Positions 55,713-64,000 of a stretch of 64,000 bases of DNA are shown here, in pieces. Origin of the DNA: an uncultured Bifidobacterium sp. (GTDB lineage Bacteria; Verrucomicrobiota; Verrucomicrobiia; Limisphaerales; JADLHS01); assembly GCA_964594985.1 (NCBI GenBank), contig CAZQNQ010000005.1, forward strand, positions 13,432-77,431, written 5' to 3'. The notes under the pieces were generated by a model that worked only from the letters and a program-made list of their open reading frames with translations, was not told the origin of the DNA and did not search any database. The translations under genes were made by a program, and so were the position numbers. Position 1 is the first letter of the stretch; each line of letters begins with the position of its first letter.

Positions 55713-56345
55713 ATGAGTGAATCTTCGCCGGCGGTCAAGCTGGGCATCTGGCTGGCGAAAGTGCGTCGCTGCCCGACGATGTTGTGGCGGCTCGAAGCGC
55801 GGCTCAAGGGCGTGACTTTCGAGGGATCGAGCGAGTTTCTCGGCCGCCCGCTGTTGAGTGTGGCGCCGGATTCCACCTTCGTCGTGGGTGACGGTTTCCA
55901 CTGTTTCAGCGCGCTTCGCGCCAATCCTTTGGGCTGCTTTCAACCCTGTGTCCTGCGCACCCTGACCGGCGGCGCGGAATTGCGCATCGGCAAAAACGTC
56001 GGGATGAGCGGCACTGTCATCTGCGCGGCTTCCCGGGTTTGCATCGGTGAAGGCACGATTTTTGGCTCGGGGGCCGTGGTCATTGATAATGATTTTCATG
56101 TGCCCGCCGGCGCATGGGACTGGAGCAGTGGCGTCGAAGCGTGCCGCCAGGTAGCCAGCCCCATCTCCATCGGTCGCGGCGTTTTTATCGGGGCCCGGGC
56201 CATCATTTTAAAGGGGGTAACAATTGGCGATCGCGCGGTGATCGGCGCAGGCGCGGTGGTGACCAAGGACGTTCTGGCCGGACATATTGCCGCTGGCAAT
56301 CCGGCGCGAAACCATCCGCCCAAAACTCCATTGCCACAAAATTAA
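55713..56345 (+). CDS. hexapeptide-repeat (LbH) O-acetyltransferase
   Basis: ATG 55713. IGKNVGMSGTVICAASRVCIGEGTIFGSGAVVIDNDFH and IGRGVFIGARAIILKGVTIGDRAVIGAGAVV. Confidence 0.8.
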   Translation: MSESSPAVKLGIWLAKVRRCPTMLWRLEARLKGVTFEGSSEFLGRPLLSVAPDSTFVVGDGFHCFSALRANPLGCFQPCVLRTLTGGAELRIGKNVGMSGTVICAASRVCIGEGTIFGSGAVVIDNDFHVPAGAWDWSSGVEACRQVASPISIGRGVFIGARAIILKGVTIGDRAVIGAGAVVTKDVLAGHIAAGNPARNHPPKTPLPQN

Positions 56346-56359
56346 ACCGGACAAATTCT

Positions 56360-56529
56360 TTTGAACCACAAAACACAGGAACGCCACGAAAGAAACACCG
56401 CAGGATGACCGGGCGAAGTTGCCAACTGCCACGCTGCGGAGGCCACCCACCATTTGGTGTTACGCGACTGCCGTCCGTTCAGCCAGCTTTCGTCCCCATT
56501 TTGGGTGATTCGTGTATTTCGTGGTTAAA
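56360..56529. repeat. degenerate W-family element
   Basis: ttgaaccacaaaacacaggaacgccacgaaag faces attcgtgtatttcgtggttaaa. Confidence 0.55.
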
Positions 56530-56573
56530 TCCGAACCCCGAAGTCGCCGGCAGCAAAACTGAGCGGGCGGAAA

Positions 56574-56692
56574 GTAGGGCAGGCTTTCCTGCCTGCCGGT
56601 ACCCCGGACTTTCCAGTCCGGTGTTTCGCGAAACGGGCGACTGGAAAGTCGCCCGCACTGGCAGGCTGGAAAGCCTGCCCTACGATTATTGC
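56574..56692. repeat. multi-hairpin palindromic element, R family
   Basis: gtagggcaggctttcctgcctgcc ... ggcaggctggaaagcctgccctac. Confidence 0.85.
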
Positions 56693-56854
56693 TCCGCACC
56701 AACTTCGGGTTAAACCAACGGCATCGTTCCGCTGGACGGGAGAGTCGCCACCAGCGCGACGGCATCCGCACACAATCACCGGGTCGAAGCACAGAGAATC
56801 GGTTCTTGAAAAGTTTGCCGGCCCAAGCATAGTCTGGCGTTTAATTTCTGAAAA

Positions 56855-58360
56855 ATGGCCAGTACATTTGCTGTCACAAGGAATCACCTCGTTTTTGGAA
56901 TATGCCTGCCACTGGCCGTGTTGCTCGGTTATACGCTCGCGGATATCCAGGATTCCGCGAGCCTGACCGTGATCTTCATCGCGCTGGCGGTGCTGGCGGT
57001 TCCGGTGCTGATGAAGTGGTATCATCCGCTGCTGGTGCTGGGTTGGTATGCCGCCTTGCAGCCGGCCCTGCCGGGCCGGCTCCATTTCTGGGTCCTCATG
57101 GCCCTGCTGGGGCTGTTTTTCGCGGTCTTGAACCGTTCCGTCAACCCGCTCAGCCAGTTTCTGCAACCTCCGGCATTGACGCGACCGGTTTTGATGTTGA
57201 CTGCGGTAGTGCTCATCACGGCGATGATGACCGGAGGGATCGGCTTGCGCGCCTTGGGCTCCCAATCCATCGGGGGCAAGAATTACATCTATGTCCTAGC
57301 CGCGTTGGCCGGGTTTTTTGCCCTTTCGAGCCGCCCGATTCCCGAGCATCGGGCCTATCTGTATCTGGCGATGTTTTTTTTGCCCGGCCTGACTTCTTTG
57401 GTGGGCCGGTTCGCGCTGTGGACTGGCATCGGGATTGACTATGTGGGGCTGTTATTTCCGCTCGATGCTCCCATTGATGCGCTGGGTATTGACCAGTCCA
57501 CCGATTTCGGCGCGACCCGGATTAGCAGTGTGGTTTTGGCGACTACCTCGGTTTTTTGTTGGATTCTGGCACGATATGGCATCACCGGCGCCTTCGACTT
57601 TACCAAACCTTGGCGGTTTTTGGGGTTGGTGGGGGCGGTGTTTTTCGGAATGTTTGGCGGTTTCCGTTCAGCGTTGCTTCTAGTGGCACTAATCTTCTTC
57701 ATTTTGTTTTGCTTGGAGCGGCTTTGGCAGACCCGCATCCTCTGGCTGCTGGTCGGCATGATGGCTTTGGGCAGCATCTTTTTGGTAAGTTTTTCTGACA
57801 AACTCCCTTGGTCGGTCCAACGGACCTTGAGTTTCCTGCCGATTGATATTGACCCCTTAAGTAAACAATCGGCCGAATCCTCGACACAATGGCGGGTCGA
57901 GATGTGGCAACAGGTCCTGCCGCAGGTTCCCAATTACCTGTTCAAAGGAAAGGGATATGTGATCTCGGCGGATGAGTTGTTCATGGCTCAGGAGGCGAGC
58001 GCTTTCGGACATGCGGCCAGCCATGAACGGGCGGCGGTGGCCGGTGATTATCACAACGGACTGCTATCCATCGTCATTCCATTTGGGCTTTATGGGGTGA
58101 CGGCTTTCTTCTGGCTGGTCATTGCCGGTGCGCGGTTCTTGTACAGGATGTACCAAGACAGCGCACCCGAACTGCGCCGAATCAACGCATTTTTGTTGGC
58201 GTTGTTTCTGGCACGCATTCTGTTCTTCGTGTTCATCTATGGCTCGTTGGCCTTAGATTTATTTAATTTTTTGGGGATTTTAGGCTTCAGCGTGGCATTA
58301 AATATGAACGCCAAACGCTTGGAGCCGCCATTTGCGGACGAAGAATCCCCACCAGTGTAA
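56855..58360 (+). CDS. O-antigen ligase/polymerase-like (Wzy_C) membrane protein
   Basis: ~12 TM helices and a periplasmic loop with WRVEMW...GKGY...AGDYHNGLLSIVIPFGLYG. Confidence 0.65.
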   Translation: MASTFAVTRNHLVFGICLPLAVLLGYTLADIQDSASLTVIFIALAVLAVPVLMKWYHPLLVLGWYAALQPALPGRLHFWVLMALLGLFFAVLNRSVNPLSQFLQPPALTRPVLMLTAVVLITAMMTGGIGLRALGSQSIGGKNYIYVLAALAGFFALSSRPIPEHRAYLYLAMFFLPGLTSLVGRFALWTGIGIDYVGLLFPLDAPIDALGIDQSTDFGATRISSVVLATTSVFCWILARYGITGAFDFTKPWRFLGLVGAVFFGMFGGFRSALLLVALIFFILFCLERLWQTRILWLLVGMMALGSIFLVSFSDKLPWSVQRTLSFLPIDIDPLSKQSAESSTQWRVEMWQQVLPQVPNYLFKGKGYVISADELFMAQEASAFGHAASHERAAVAGDYHNGLLSIVIPFGLYGVTAFFWLVIAGARFLYRMYQDSAPELRRINAFLLALFLARILFFVFIYGSLALDLFNFLGILGFSVALNMNAKRLEPPFADEESPPV

Positions 58361-58378
58361 GAGACCTGGTCCGTGCCC

Positions 58379-59962
58379 ATGACGAATCCATTGAACATCA
58401 TCCGGTCGCTGCTCATTTATGGGCTGTGTCTGCCTCTGGCGGTGTACGTGGGGTATGTGCTGGCGCAACCGTTTGATCGGGGCAGTCTGATTTTTCTGAT
58501 TGTCGCGGCGGCTTTGCCGCTCGTGCCGTTTTTGTTGCGCTGGCATCATGTCCTGCTGATCTTCAGTTGGAACTTGAGCATGGTGTTGTTTTTTTTGCCG
58601 GGGGCACCGTATTTGTGGATGATCATGTGCGGGCTGAGCCTGGGGCTGACCATGCTCCAGTATATTTTGAAACGTAATGTAAGGTTTGTGTATGTTCCCT
58701 CGGTGGCTTGGGCGCTGATTTTCCTGGCGGGCGTGGTTCTGATCACCGCCCAGCTTACAGGCGGATTCGGCATGCGTTCCTTCGGGAGCAGTGATTCGAT
58801 CGGCGGGAAAAGGTATATCTACCTGTTGGGGGCCGTCATCGGATATTTCGCTCTGACGAGCTATCGCATTCCAACCCATCGAACCAACCTTTACGTCTTT
58901 CTTTTTTTTGTGGGGGGAGTGACGGCTCTGATCAGTAGTTTTGGCCCTTGGATCCCAAGTGGCCTGCGGATCATCTTCGCTTTTTTCCCGGTGGAAAGTC
59001 TGGCCAGCCGGGCTGAGGCCGAAGCCCAGGAAATGAGCCGGTTCGGTGGCTTGGCGCTGGGGGGCATGAGCATGCTTTATTTGATCTTTGCCCGTCATGG
59101 CATGGCTGGCCTATTCAATTTGACCGAACGCTGGCGGTTTCTTCCGGTCAGTTTTAAGGGCGGCCCCAGCATCAACCAGCCCTGGCGGTTTTTGTTGTTA
59201 CCACTAATTTGCTTAGCCGTCATGCTGGGAGGATTCCGATCTCACATCATCATCTTGCTGCTCCTCTTTACCTGCTTGTTTTACCTGGAGCGCTTGTTTC
59301 GGACCCGACTCATGCCCATGTTGTTGCTGACCGGGGTCTTGACCGCAACGGTCTGTCTGCCTTTTGTGGACAAGATGCCCTTGTCCGTCCAGCGGTCCCT
59401 CAGTTTTTTACCATTGAATAATATCAGCCCTTTGGCGCGGATGAACGCAGATGCATCCACAGAATGGCGGCTGAATATCTGGCGCGAAGTCATCCCGACC
59501 ATTCCGCAGTATCTGCTGATCGGAAAGGGTTACAGTATTGATGCCAAGGAACATGCAGCGGAACTACAAACGCAACAATTCCGGGGCTCAGGAGAGGAGA
59601 GCGCAAAAGTTGCCGGCGACTACCATAGCGGGCCGCTATCAGTCATCATTCCGCTCGGGATTTTTGGGGTTATTGGGTTTGTCTGGTTCCTTGTAGCGGG
59701 ATTTCGCGTCCTGCTGAACAACTATCGCTACGGAGAGGCCGCCAACCGCCATATCAACACTTTCCTGCTGGCGTATTTCTGCACCCGCGCGATTATCTTC
59801 TTCGTTGTTTTCGGGTCAATTCACCTTGAGCTGGTCATGTTTGTCGGCCTCGTCGGCCTGGGTCTGTCCGTCAATGGTGTGGTGCGGCGACCAGTGCCCG
59901 TCGCGATAACCCCTAATCCCGCCTATCTACCTTTCCGACTGCCTAAAACCGCAAAAATATGA
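58379..59962 (+). CDS. O-antigen ligase/polymerase-like membrane protein, tandem paralog
   Basis: Colinear with the previous gene (ICLPLAV..GY.LA, WRLNIW...GKGY...AGDYHSGPLSVIIPLGIFG). The start is ATG 58379 or GTG 58373. Confidence 0.65.
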   Translation: MTNPLNIIRSLLIYGLCLPLAVYVGYVLAQPFDRGSLIFLIVAAALPLVPFLLRWHHVLLIFSWNLSMVLFFLPGAPYLWMIMCGLSLGLTMLQYILKRNVRFVYVPSVAWALIFLAGVVLITAQLTGGFGMRSFGSSDSIGGKRYIYLLGAVIGYFALTSYRIPTHRTNLYVFLFFVGGVTALISSFGPWIPSGLRIIFAFFPVESLASRAEAEAQEMSRFGGLALGGMSMLYLIFARHGMAGLFNLTERWRFLPVSFKGGPSINQPWRFLLLPLICLAVMLGGFRSHIIILLLLFTCLFYLERLFRTRLMPMLLLTGVLTATVCLPFVDKMPLSVQRSLSFLPLNNISPLARMNADASTEWRLNIWREVIPTIPQYLLIGKGYSIDAKEHAAELQTQQFRGSGEESAKVAGDYHSGPLSVIIPLGIFGVIGFVWFLVAGFRVLLNNYRYGEAANRHINTFLLAYFCTRAIIFFVVFGSIHLELVMFVGLVGLGLSVNGVVRRPVPVAITPNPAYLPFRLPKTAKI

Positions 59963-60643
59963 ATGGCTTGTCCGATTTTATTTTAATTGATACAAGCTCG
60001 CAGTAACCATCAATCAACCCGGACGAGATTGCACATTCCAACAATCAGGTTGTGCAAGATGGATGCGGCCAAACCCAACGACCGCATGATCGAGGATTGC
60101 TTTGAGGAAATATTACGCAAAAAGAATTCTTGGAGTTCTTTAAAGTTTACCGCTAAACAGTCGCTCCTGAAAAACGCGATATTGCCTGATGGGTATGAGA
60201 GGGAGTGCCGCGAGGTTTGAACGTATCCGACCAGAAAATTGAATGGAACGGTCAAAAGCGGGACCACTAATTTCTGGATCACCGCAAATCGTCTTATTGG
60301 GTCTTGAGTGTCAATTCTCGGGACTGAATTTCCAAAACTTCGTCTCGCTCCGGTCCACCACCCGCCGCCAGCCGGGCCAAAGGACTGGCCCGCGCTGTGC
60401 TTAACAAAAGGCATGGCTACACTTGCGTTCAAAGTCAGCCGGAAGAGCGGCGAATACGTGAAACCGTCGCTGCTGCCCGCCAATCACTCGGCGCAATCCC
60501 ATTTTGGCCTCGTGGACGGGGTGGTTGTGGGATTTTTTGCCCTGTGCGTCGGCGGTCTGATCTTCCTGCTGTTGCAACTCTGATTCACGCGCCGCGCGAA
60601 TTTCCCGCCCGCCCGGGTGAAAATTTGCCGCGTCCGGGGGAAA

Positions 60644-61837
60644 TTATTTCCCGGTCGGCGCTGGCTTGGTCGGCTCCGGCTTTTTCTTGAAGGCGGATCG
60701 GAGCAGCCAGTGGCGCTTGAGTCCCTGCACCAAGTCGTCGGTGTTCACCACGGCTTGGGAGATCGAACCGAGCATATTCGTGTTGGCCTGCACCTGCGCG
60801 TTCAAGTTGCTCGTGATGTTGGCCAGATTTTCCAGACTTTCCCCGAAACTTTCCATCAGTGCGATGAGGTTCGTGTCGCTGTGCGCCAGCAACAGATTCG
60901 CGTTGGCCAGGGTGGCATCGAGGCTCTGCTGACCGTTCGTACCCAACGCCCATTGCCCCAGCGCTCCCGGGCCGCGCAGTTCCGCTGCGAGCGCCGCGAA
61001 GTTGGACGCCGCCGGCTGGGCATTGAGCGCGACGACGTTGAGATTTGAGGCGAGCGCCGCGCTGTTGCCCAACACGGCATTGATTTTGTTCGTCAAAGCC
61101 AGGATGCCCGGCAACGCCCGCTCCACTTGATCCACGAGTTCTTGCAAGCGGTCGGTCACTGCGGGCGACTCCTGCGGCACGAGGAAGTAGATGGTTTCCG
61201 CCGAAAGATTGGTGTAATACGCTTGCGGGTGCGCCGCCACCTTCTGCTTCAACTCAGCCCACACTTGCGCATTGATGTCGTCCACAGAACGCGGATGAGG
61301 CTCATCCAGTTCGACGGCATACAACTCTTTGAAGTGCTCCTTGTAGCGTTCCTCTACCAGCTTACCGAGCAACACCTGCATCCCGACGCCGTTGGTATCC
61401 TGCCGGATGGTTGGCACGCCGCCCGTGCCCTTGGTGATCTCCAAAAAGCGCCCCCCGAGCAAGTCACCCGCGTTCACCTTCGCTTTGGAATCGCTCCAGA
61501 TATAACCAGGATAATTATCCTGATTCACTTTCACCCGGAACTGCAAGGTGATGTTGTAATACTGGCCCGGCGCGTTCGGAATGATCGCGGTGATTTCGCC
61601 CACATCGAAACCCATCAACTTGACCGGGTCCCCAATCTTCAGCCCCGCACCACTGCTGACGCAGGTTTGATAGGTGACCTTCTGCAAAAACCAGCCTTTG
61701 CGCTGCGCGGTGTTCCGCAGGTAATACGCAAAGCCCACGAGCAACAACACCGCCGCCACCAGCACGAACACGCCCACCGCGCGCTCCATGCGATTCAAGC
61801 GCGTGCGCAGTTGCGGGGTCAAATCTTGCAAGGCCAT
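60644..61837 (-). CDS. mlaD: MlaD/MCE-domain protein with long C-terminal helical extension
   Basis: An N-terminal TM helix, then the MCE domain GLKIGDPVKLMGFDVGEITAI. Confidence 0.8.
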   Translation of the reverse strand: MALQDLTPQLRTRLNRMERAVGVFVLVAAVLLLVGFAYYLRNTAQRKGWFLQKVTYQTCVSSGAGLKIGDPVKLMGFDVGEITAIIPNAPGQYYNITLQFRVKVNQDNYPGYIWSDSKAKVNAGDLLGGRFLEITKGTGGVPTIRQDTNGVGMQVLLGKLVEERYKEHFKELYAVELDEPHPRSVDDINAQVWAELKQKVAAHPQAYYTNLSAETIYFLVPQESPAVTDRLQELVDQVERALPGILALTNKINAVLGNSAALASNLNVVALNAQPAASNFAALAAELRGPGALGQWALGTNGQQSLDATLANANLLLAHSDTNLIALMESFGESLENLANITSNLNAQVQANTNMLGSISQAVVNTDDLVQGLKRHWLLRSAFKKKPEPTKPAPTGK

Positions 61838-61980
61838 GTCGTTTTCGTTTCCTTAAATCTGGTTCACGGTTTCAAATTCCACTGCGCGGGTCAATGCGGA
61901 CGGAGCGCCGATCTCCCGATCGGCCGGTTCCCGCCCATGCCAATAAACCCCGCCGGGCCGAACCGGAGTTCGGCGCTCCA

Positions 61981-62760
61981 TCAATTTCGCAACAAGTCTT
62001 TCACCACCGACTCATTGCTCGCCGCCACCGCCGCCCAATCGCCCAGCACCGCCAGTTGCCGCTGGCGCAAACACGCCACCCGGTTCGCGCAATGCCGCCA
62101 CGGCCGCAGATCGTCCGCCGAGGCGACAATCGTCAGCGGTTTGCCCTCCAGCAACGGATGCCCCTGTGATAACGCCGTCAAAAAGTTCAGCCACCAGCTC
62201 GTGTGGCGCACATCCAATCCCGTCAGCGGGCTGTCGAGCAACAACACCTCCGGCGTCAACGCCAGCGCCCGCGCGAGGCCGGCGCGCTGCTGCCAACTGC
62301 GTGCCACATTGACCGGCGTATGATTCGCCCACGGTGTCAGCTCCGTGAGTTCCAGCAGGGCGTTGACGCGCGTTTCGATTTCCGCCGCCGCCAACCGGGA
62401 GTGATACCGCAACGGCAACGCGATGTTCTCCGCCACCGTCAGCGACCCCAGCAATTGCCCGCCATCAAACACGAAGCCCAGTTTCAACCGGTGCGCCATG
62501 CGCGACTCTTCAAAGATCGGCATCGCCTCGCCGAGAAAGGAAAATTCGCCCTCCGCCGGCGACATGATGCCGCCCAGCGTCATCAGGAAATCGCTCTTGC
62601 CGGAATGTTGCGGCGCCCCGACGACCCAGAACTCACCCGGCCGCACCGTCCAATTCACCTCACGCACCACGGTGAGGTTGGGATTTCGCATCGAAGCCAC
62701 CCCCAGCCCGCGCAGGTCGAGCGCGGGCGTCAGGGTGGCGGTGGTGGGTGCTTCGCTCAT
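61981..62760 (-). CDS. MlaF-like ABC ATPase homolog with degenerate catalytic motifs
   Basis: ATG 62760 overlaps the mlaE stop. It has an ABC fold, but Walker A is APQHSGKS, the signature region is VARSWQQR, Walker B is LLLDSP and the H-loop region is VASAD. Confidence 0.7.
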   Translation of the reverse strand: MSEAPTTATLTPALDLRGLGVASMRNPNLTVVREVNWTVRPGEFWVVGAPQHSGKSDFLMTLGGIMSPAEGEFSFLGEAMPIFEESRMAHRLKLGFVFDGGQLLGSLTVAENIALPLRYHSRLAAAEIETRVNALLELTELTPWANHTPVNVARSWQQRAGLARALALTPEVLLLDSPLTGLDVRHTSWWLNFLTALSQGHPLLEGKPLTIVASADDLRPWRHCANRVACLRQRQLAVLGDWAAVAASNESVVKDLLRN

Positions 62761-63611
62761 CACAAAGTCAGATAGGCAATGATGAACAGCGCATCGAGCA
62801 GGACACAGGCGACGATGCTTTGCGCCACGGCGCTCACGGTGGCGCGGGAGATCTGGTCCAATTGCAACGGCTGCGCCAGTCCGTGATAGCATGTCACAAT
62901 GGCGATGATGAACCCAAAGGCGCACGTCTTGAGCGCGAGCAGAACGAAATCGAGATAGGTCAGCGCCCCGGCGAGTTGATTGAAGTAATCGCCCGGCTGG
63001 ATGGGCACGTCCTGCACAAACGCCCACAGATAACCGCTGCCCAGCGTGCCCAGGATCAGATAGACCGTGAGCGCAAAAATCCCCACCGCCATGCCGACCA
63101 CACGCGGCACGACGAAGTAATGCACCGGATCAATCCCCAGCGCTTCGAGCGACTCGACTTCGCCCATCGCCCGCGCCGTGCCGAGTTCGACGACGTTCGC
63201 TGTGCCGACTCGCGCGAGCACCAGAAACGCCGTCAGCAGCGGGCCGAGTTCGCGCACCACGACGATGACCATGATGTCGCCGAGAAGATTATTGGCCGCC
63301 CCGACGCGGGTGAGCACGGAAACGGTCTGGCCAATGACGAGAAACCCGAGGGTCAGCGCCGCAAAGAAGAACATCGGGAGCAGTTTTACTCCGGCGCGGA
63401 AAATCTCTCGCGCCACCAGCGGGCGCACCACGGAACGCGCTGTTCCAAACTTCCGCAGCAGCACCCCAAACGTGATCAACGCGAACGCGCCGACGCCGTG
63501 CAGGGCGAGCAGAAAGGCGAAGACCCGTCGTCCGACCAGGTCGGCGTAGAAACGCGACAATCCCGGACGCGTTTTCGGCGCGGCCAGCATGGTCGAGTCG
63601 GCTTCCTGCAT
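62760..63611 (-). CDS. mlaE: MlaE-family ABC transporter permease
   Basis: VRELGPLLTAFLVLARVGTA and IDPVHYFVVPRV are typical of MlaE/Ttg2B. Confidence 0.85.
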   Translation of the reverse strand: MQEADSTMLAAPKTRPGLSRFYADLVGRRVFAFLLALHGVGAFALITFGVLLRKFGTARSVVRPLVAREIFRAGVKLLPMFFFAALTLGFLVIGQTVSVLTRVGAANNLLGDIMVIVVVRELGPLLTAFLVLARVGTANVVELGTARAMGEVESLEALGIDPVHYFVVPRVVGMAVGIFALTVYLILGTLGSGYLWAFVQDVPIQPGDYFNQLAGALTYLDFVLLALKTCAFGFIIAIVTCYHGLAQPLQLDQISRATVSAVAQSIVACVLLDALFIIAYLTL

Positions 63612-63667
63612 GACGGCAGCGTAGCGGCAGCGCGAGCGCGGTCAATTCGCGACTCGCTTCCCGTTTT

Positions 63668-63882
63668 CCTTAATCTTAATCTTTTTCTTAATCTTAATCC
63701 CCGGGCGGGGCGGGGAGAGATTGAGAGCGTGTTTGAAAACGAGGAACTGGCGGCAGGGATGCCGCCAGAACCCGCAGGCAAGGATGCCTGCGCTACGCCG
63801 TAGCGCGGGCATCCTTGCTCCGGGTCTCCCACCGGACTTTTCAATCAGCCTCCAAGAATTAGATCACGATTAAGAGTAAGAA
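63668..63882. repeat. L-family element with a G-family element nested inside
   Basis: The left arm is cttaatcttaatctttttcttaatcttaatc. The G element occupies 63729-63846. The right arm is gatcacgattaagagtaagaa. Confidence 0.7.
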
Positions 63883-63896
63883 CCAAAACGGCGCAC

Positions 63897-64000
63897 ATGG
63901 CGAAGAACATTGTCTATTTCGATCTGGAAACGCAGAAGTCGGCGGATGAAGTCGGCGGTTGGAACAACATCAACCGCATGGGCCTCAGCGTCGGTGTGAC
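63897..64000 (+). CDS. RNase H-like / DEDD 3-prime-5-prime exonuclease-like protein, 3-prime partial
   Basis: MAKNIVYFDLETQKSADEVGGWNN carries a DxE ExoI-like motif. It runs off the window. Confidence 0.4.
   Translation, partial: MAKNIVYFDLETQKSADEVGGWNNINRMGLSVGV

Noticed and set aside
59987-60583. Small ORFs 59987-60220 (+), 60308-60583 (+) and 60010-60483 (-) in the spacer between the island and mlaD.
   Set aside because: They show no recognisable motifs, overlap one another and have weak coding character. The 60308-60583 ORF has a hydrophobic C-terminus, but that is insufficient evidence.
1-64000. tRNA, rRNA, transposase and integrase genes.
   Set aside because: I scanned the intergenic regions for T-loop-like GGTTCGAAT/GGTTCAAAT contexts and for cloverleaf-sized GC-rich units. 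No translated ORF resembled a DDE or serine/tyrosine recombinase. None was found, so nothing is reported.

Overview
This is a high-GC bacterial chromosomal window (about 60-70% G+C by eye, not computed). It most likely comes from the PVC superphylum and looks Verrucomicrobiota-like: it has PEP-CTERM proteins, a DUF1559/H-X9-DG prepilin-like protein, and many families of short palindromic intergenic repeats. All protein calls rest on motif recognition in the supplied translations; no database search was run. I call about 60 genes. In order: TPR protein, cysC, a PEP-CTERM protein, metF, and a radical SAM enzyme with an N-terminal SPASM-like domain. Next is a glycogen cluster (glgC, a GH57 branching enzyme, DUF4912). 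An ~8.8 kb minus-strand formamidase and amide/urea uptake operon follows (nasS-like, urtABCDE, fmdA, fmdB), with a divergent LysR regulator. After folP-cdaA-cdaR-glmM comes a repeat-saturated stretch holding a decayed Dam methyltransferase next to an intact small PD-(D/E)XK nuclease-like ORF. Then come a NusG paralog upstream of a packed PEP-CTERM/secreted/prepilin-like gene array, ppiD-like and rluA-family genes, a LysR-pirin-flavodoxin-YceI cluster, and uvrB flanked by two rhomboid proteases. The window ends with a ~15 kb lower-GC surface-polysaccharide island and an mlaE/mlaF-like/mlaD operon. I saw no rRNA, tRNA, CRISPR array, transposase or integrase. The most notable observations are: (1) a 62-bp palindromic repeat element sitting in frame inside uvrB; (2) a G10 tract that splits an acyltransferase, plus a ~105-bp duplicated leader and start region shared by that gene and the flippase; (3) a Mla-type operon whose ATPase has lost most catalytic motifs; (4) a Dam remnant beside an intact nuclease-like ORF; (5) palindromic MITE-like elements at four of seven gene junctions in the fmd/urt operon, some of them nested.
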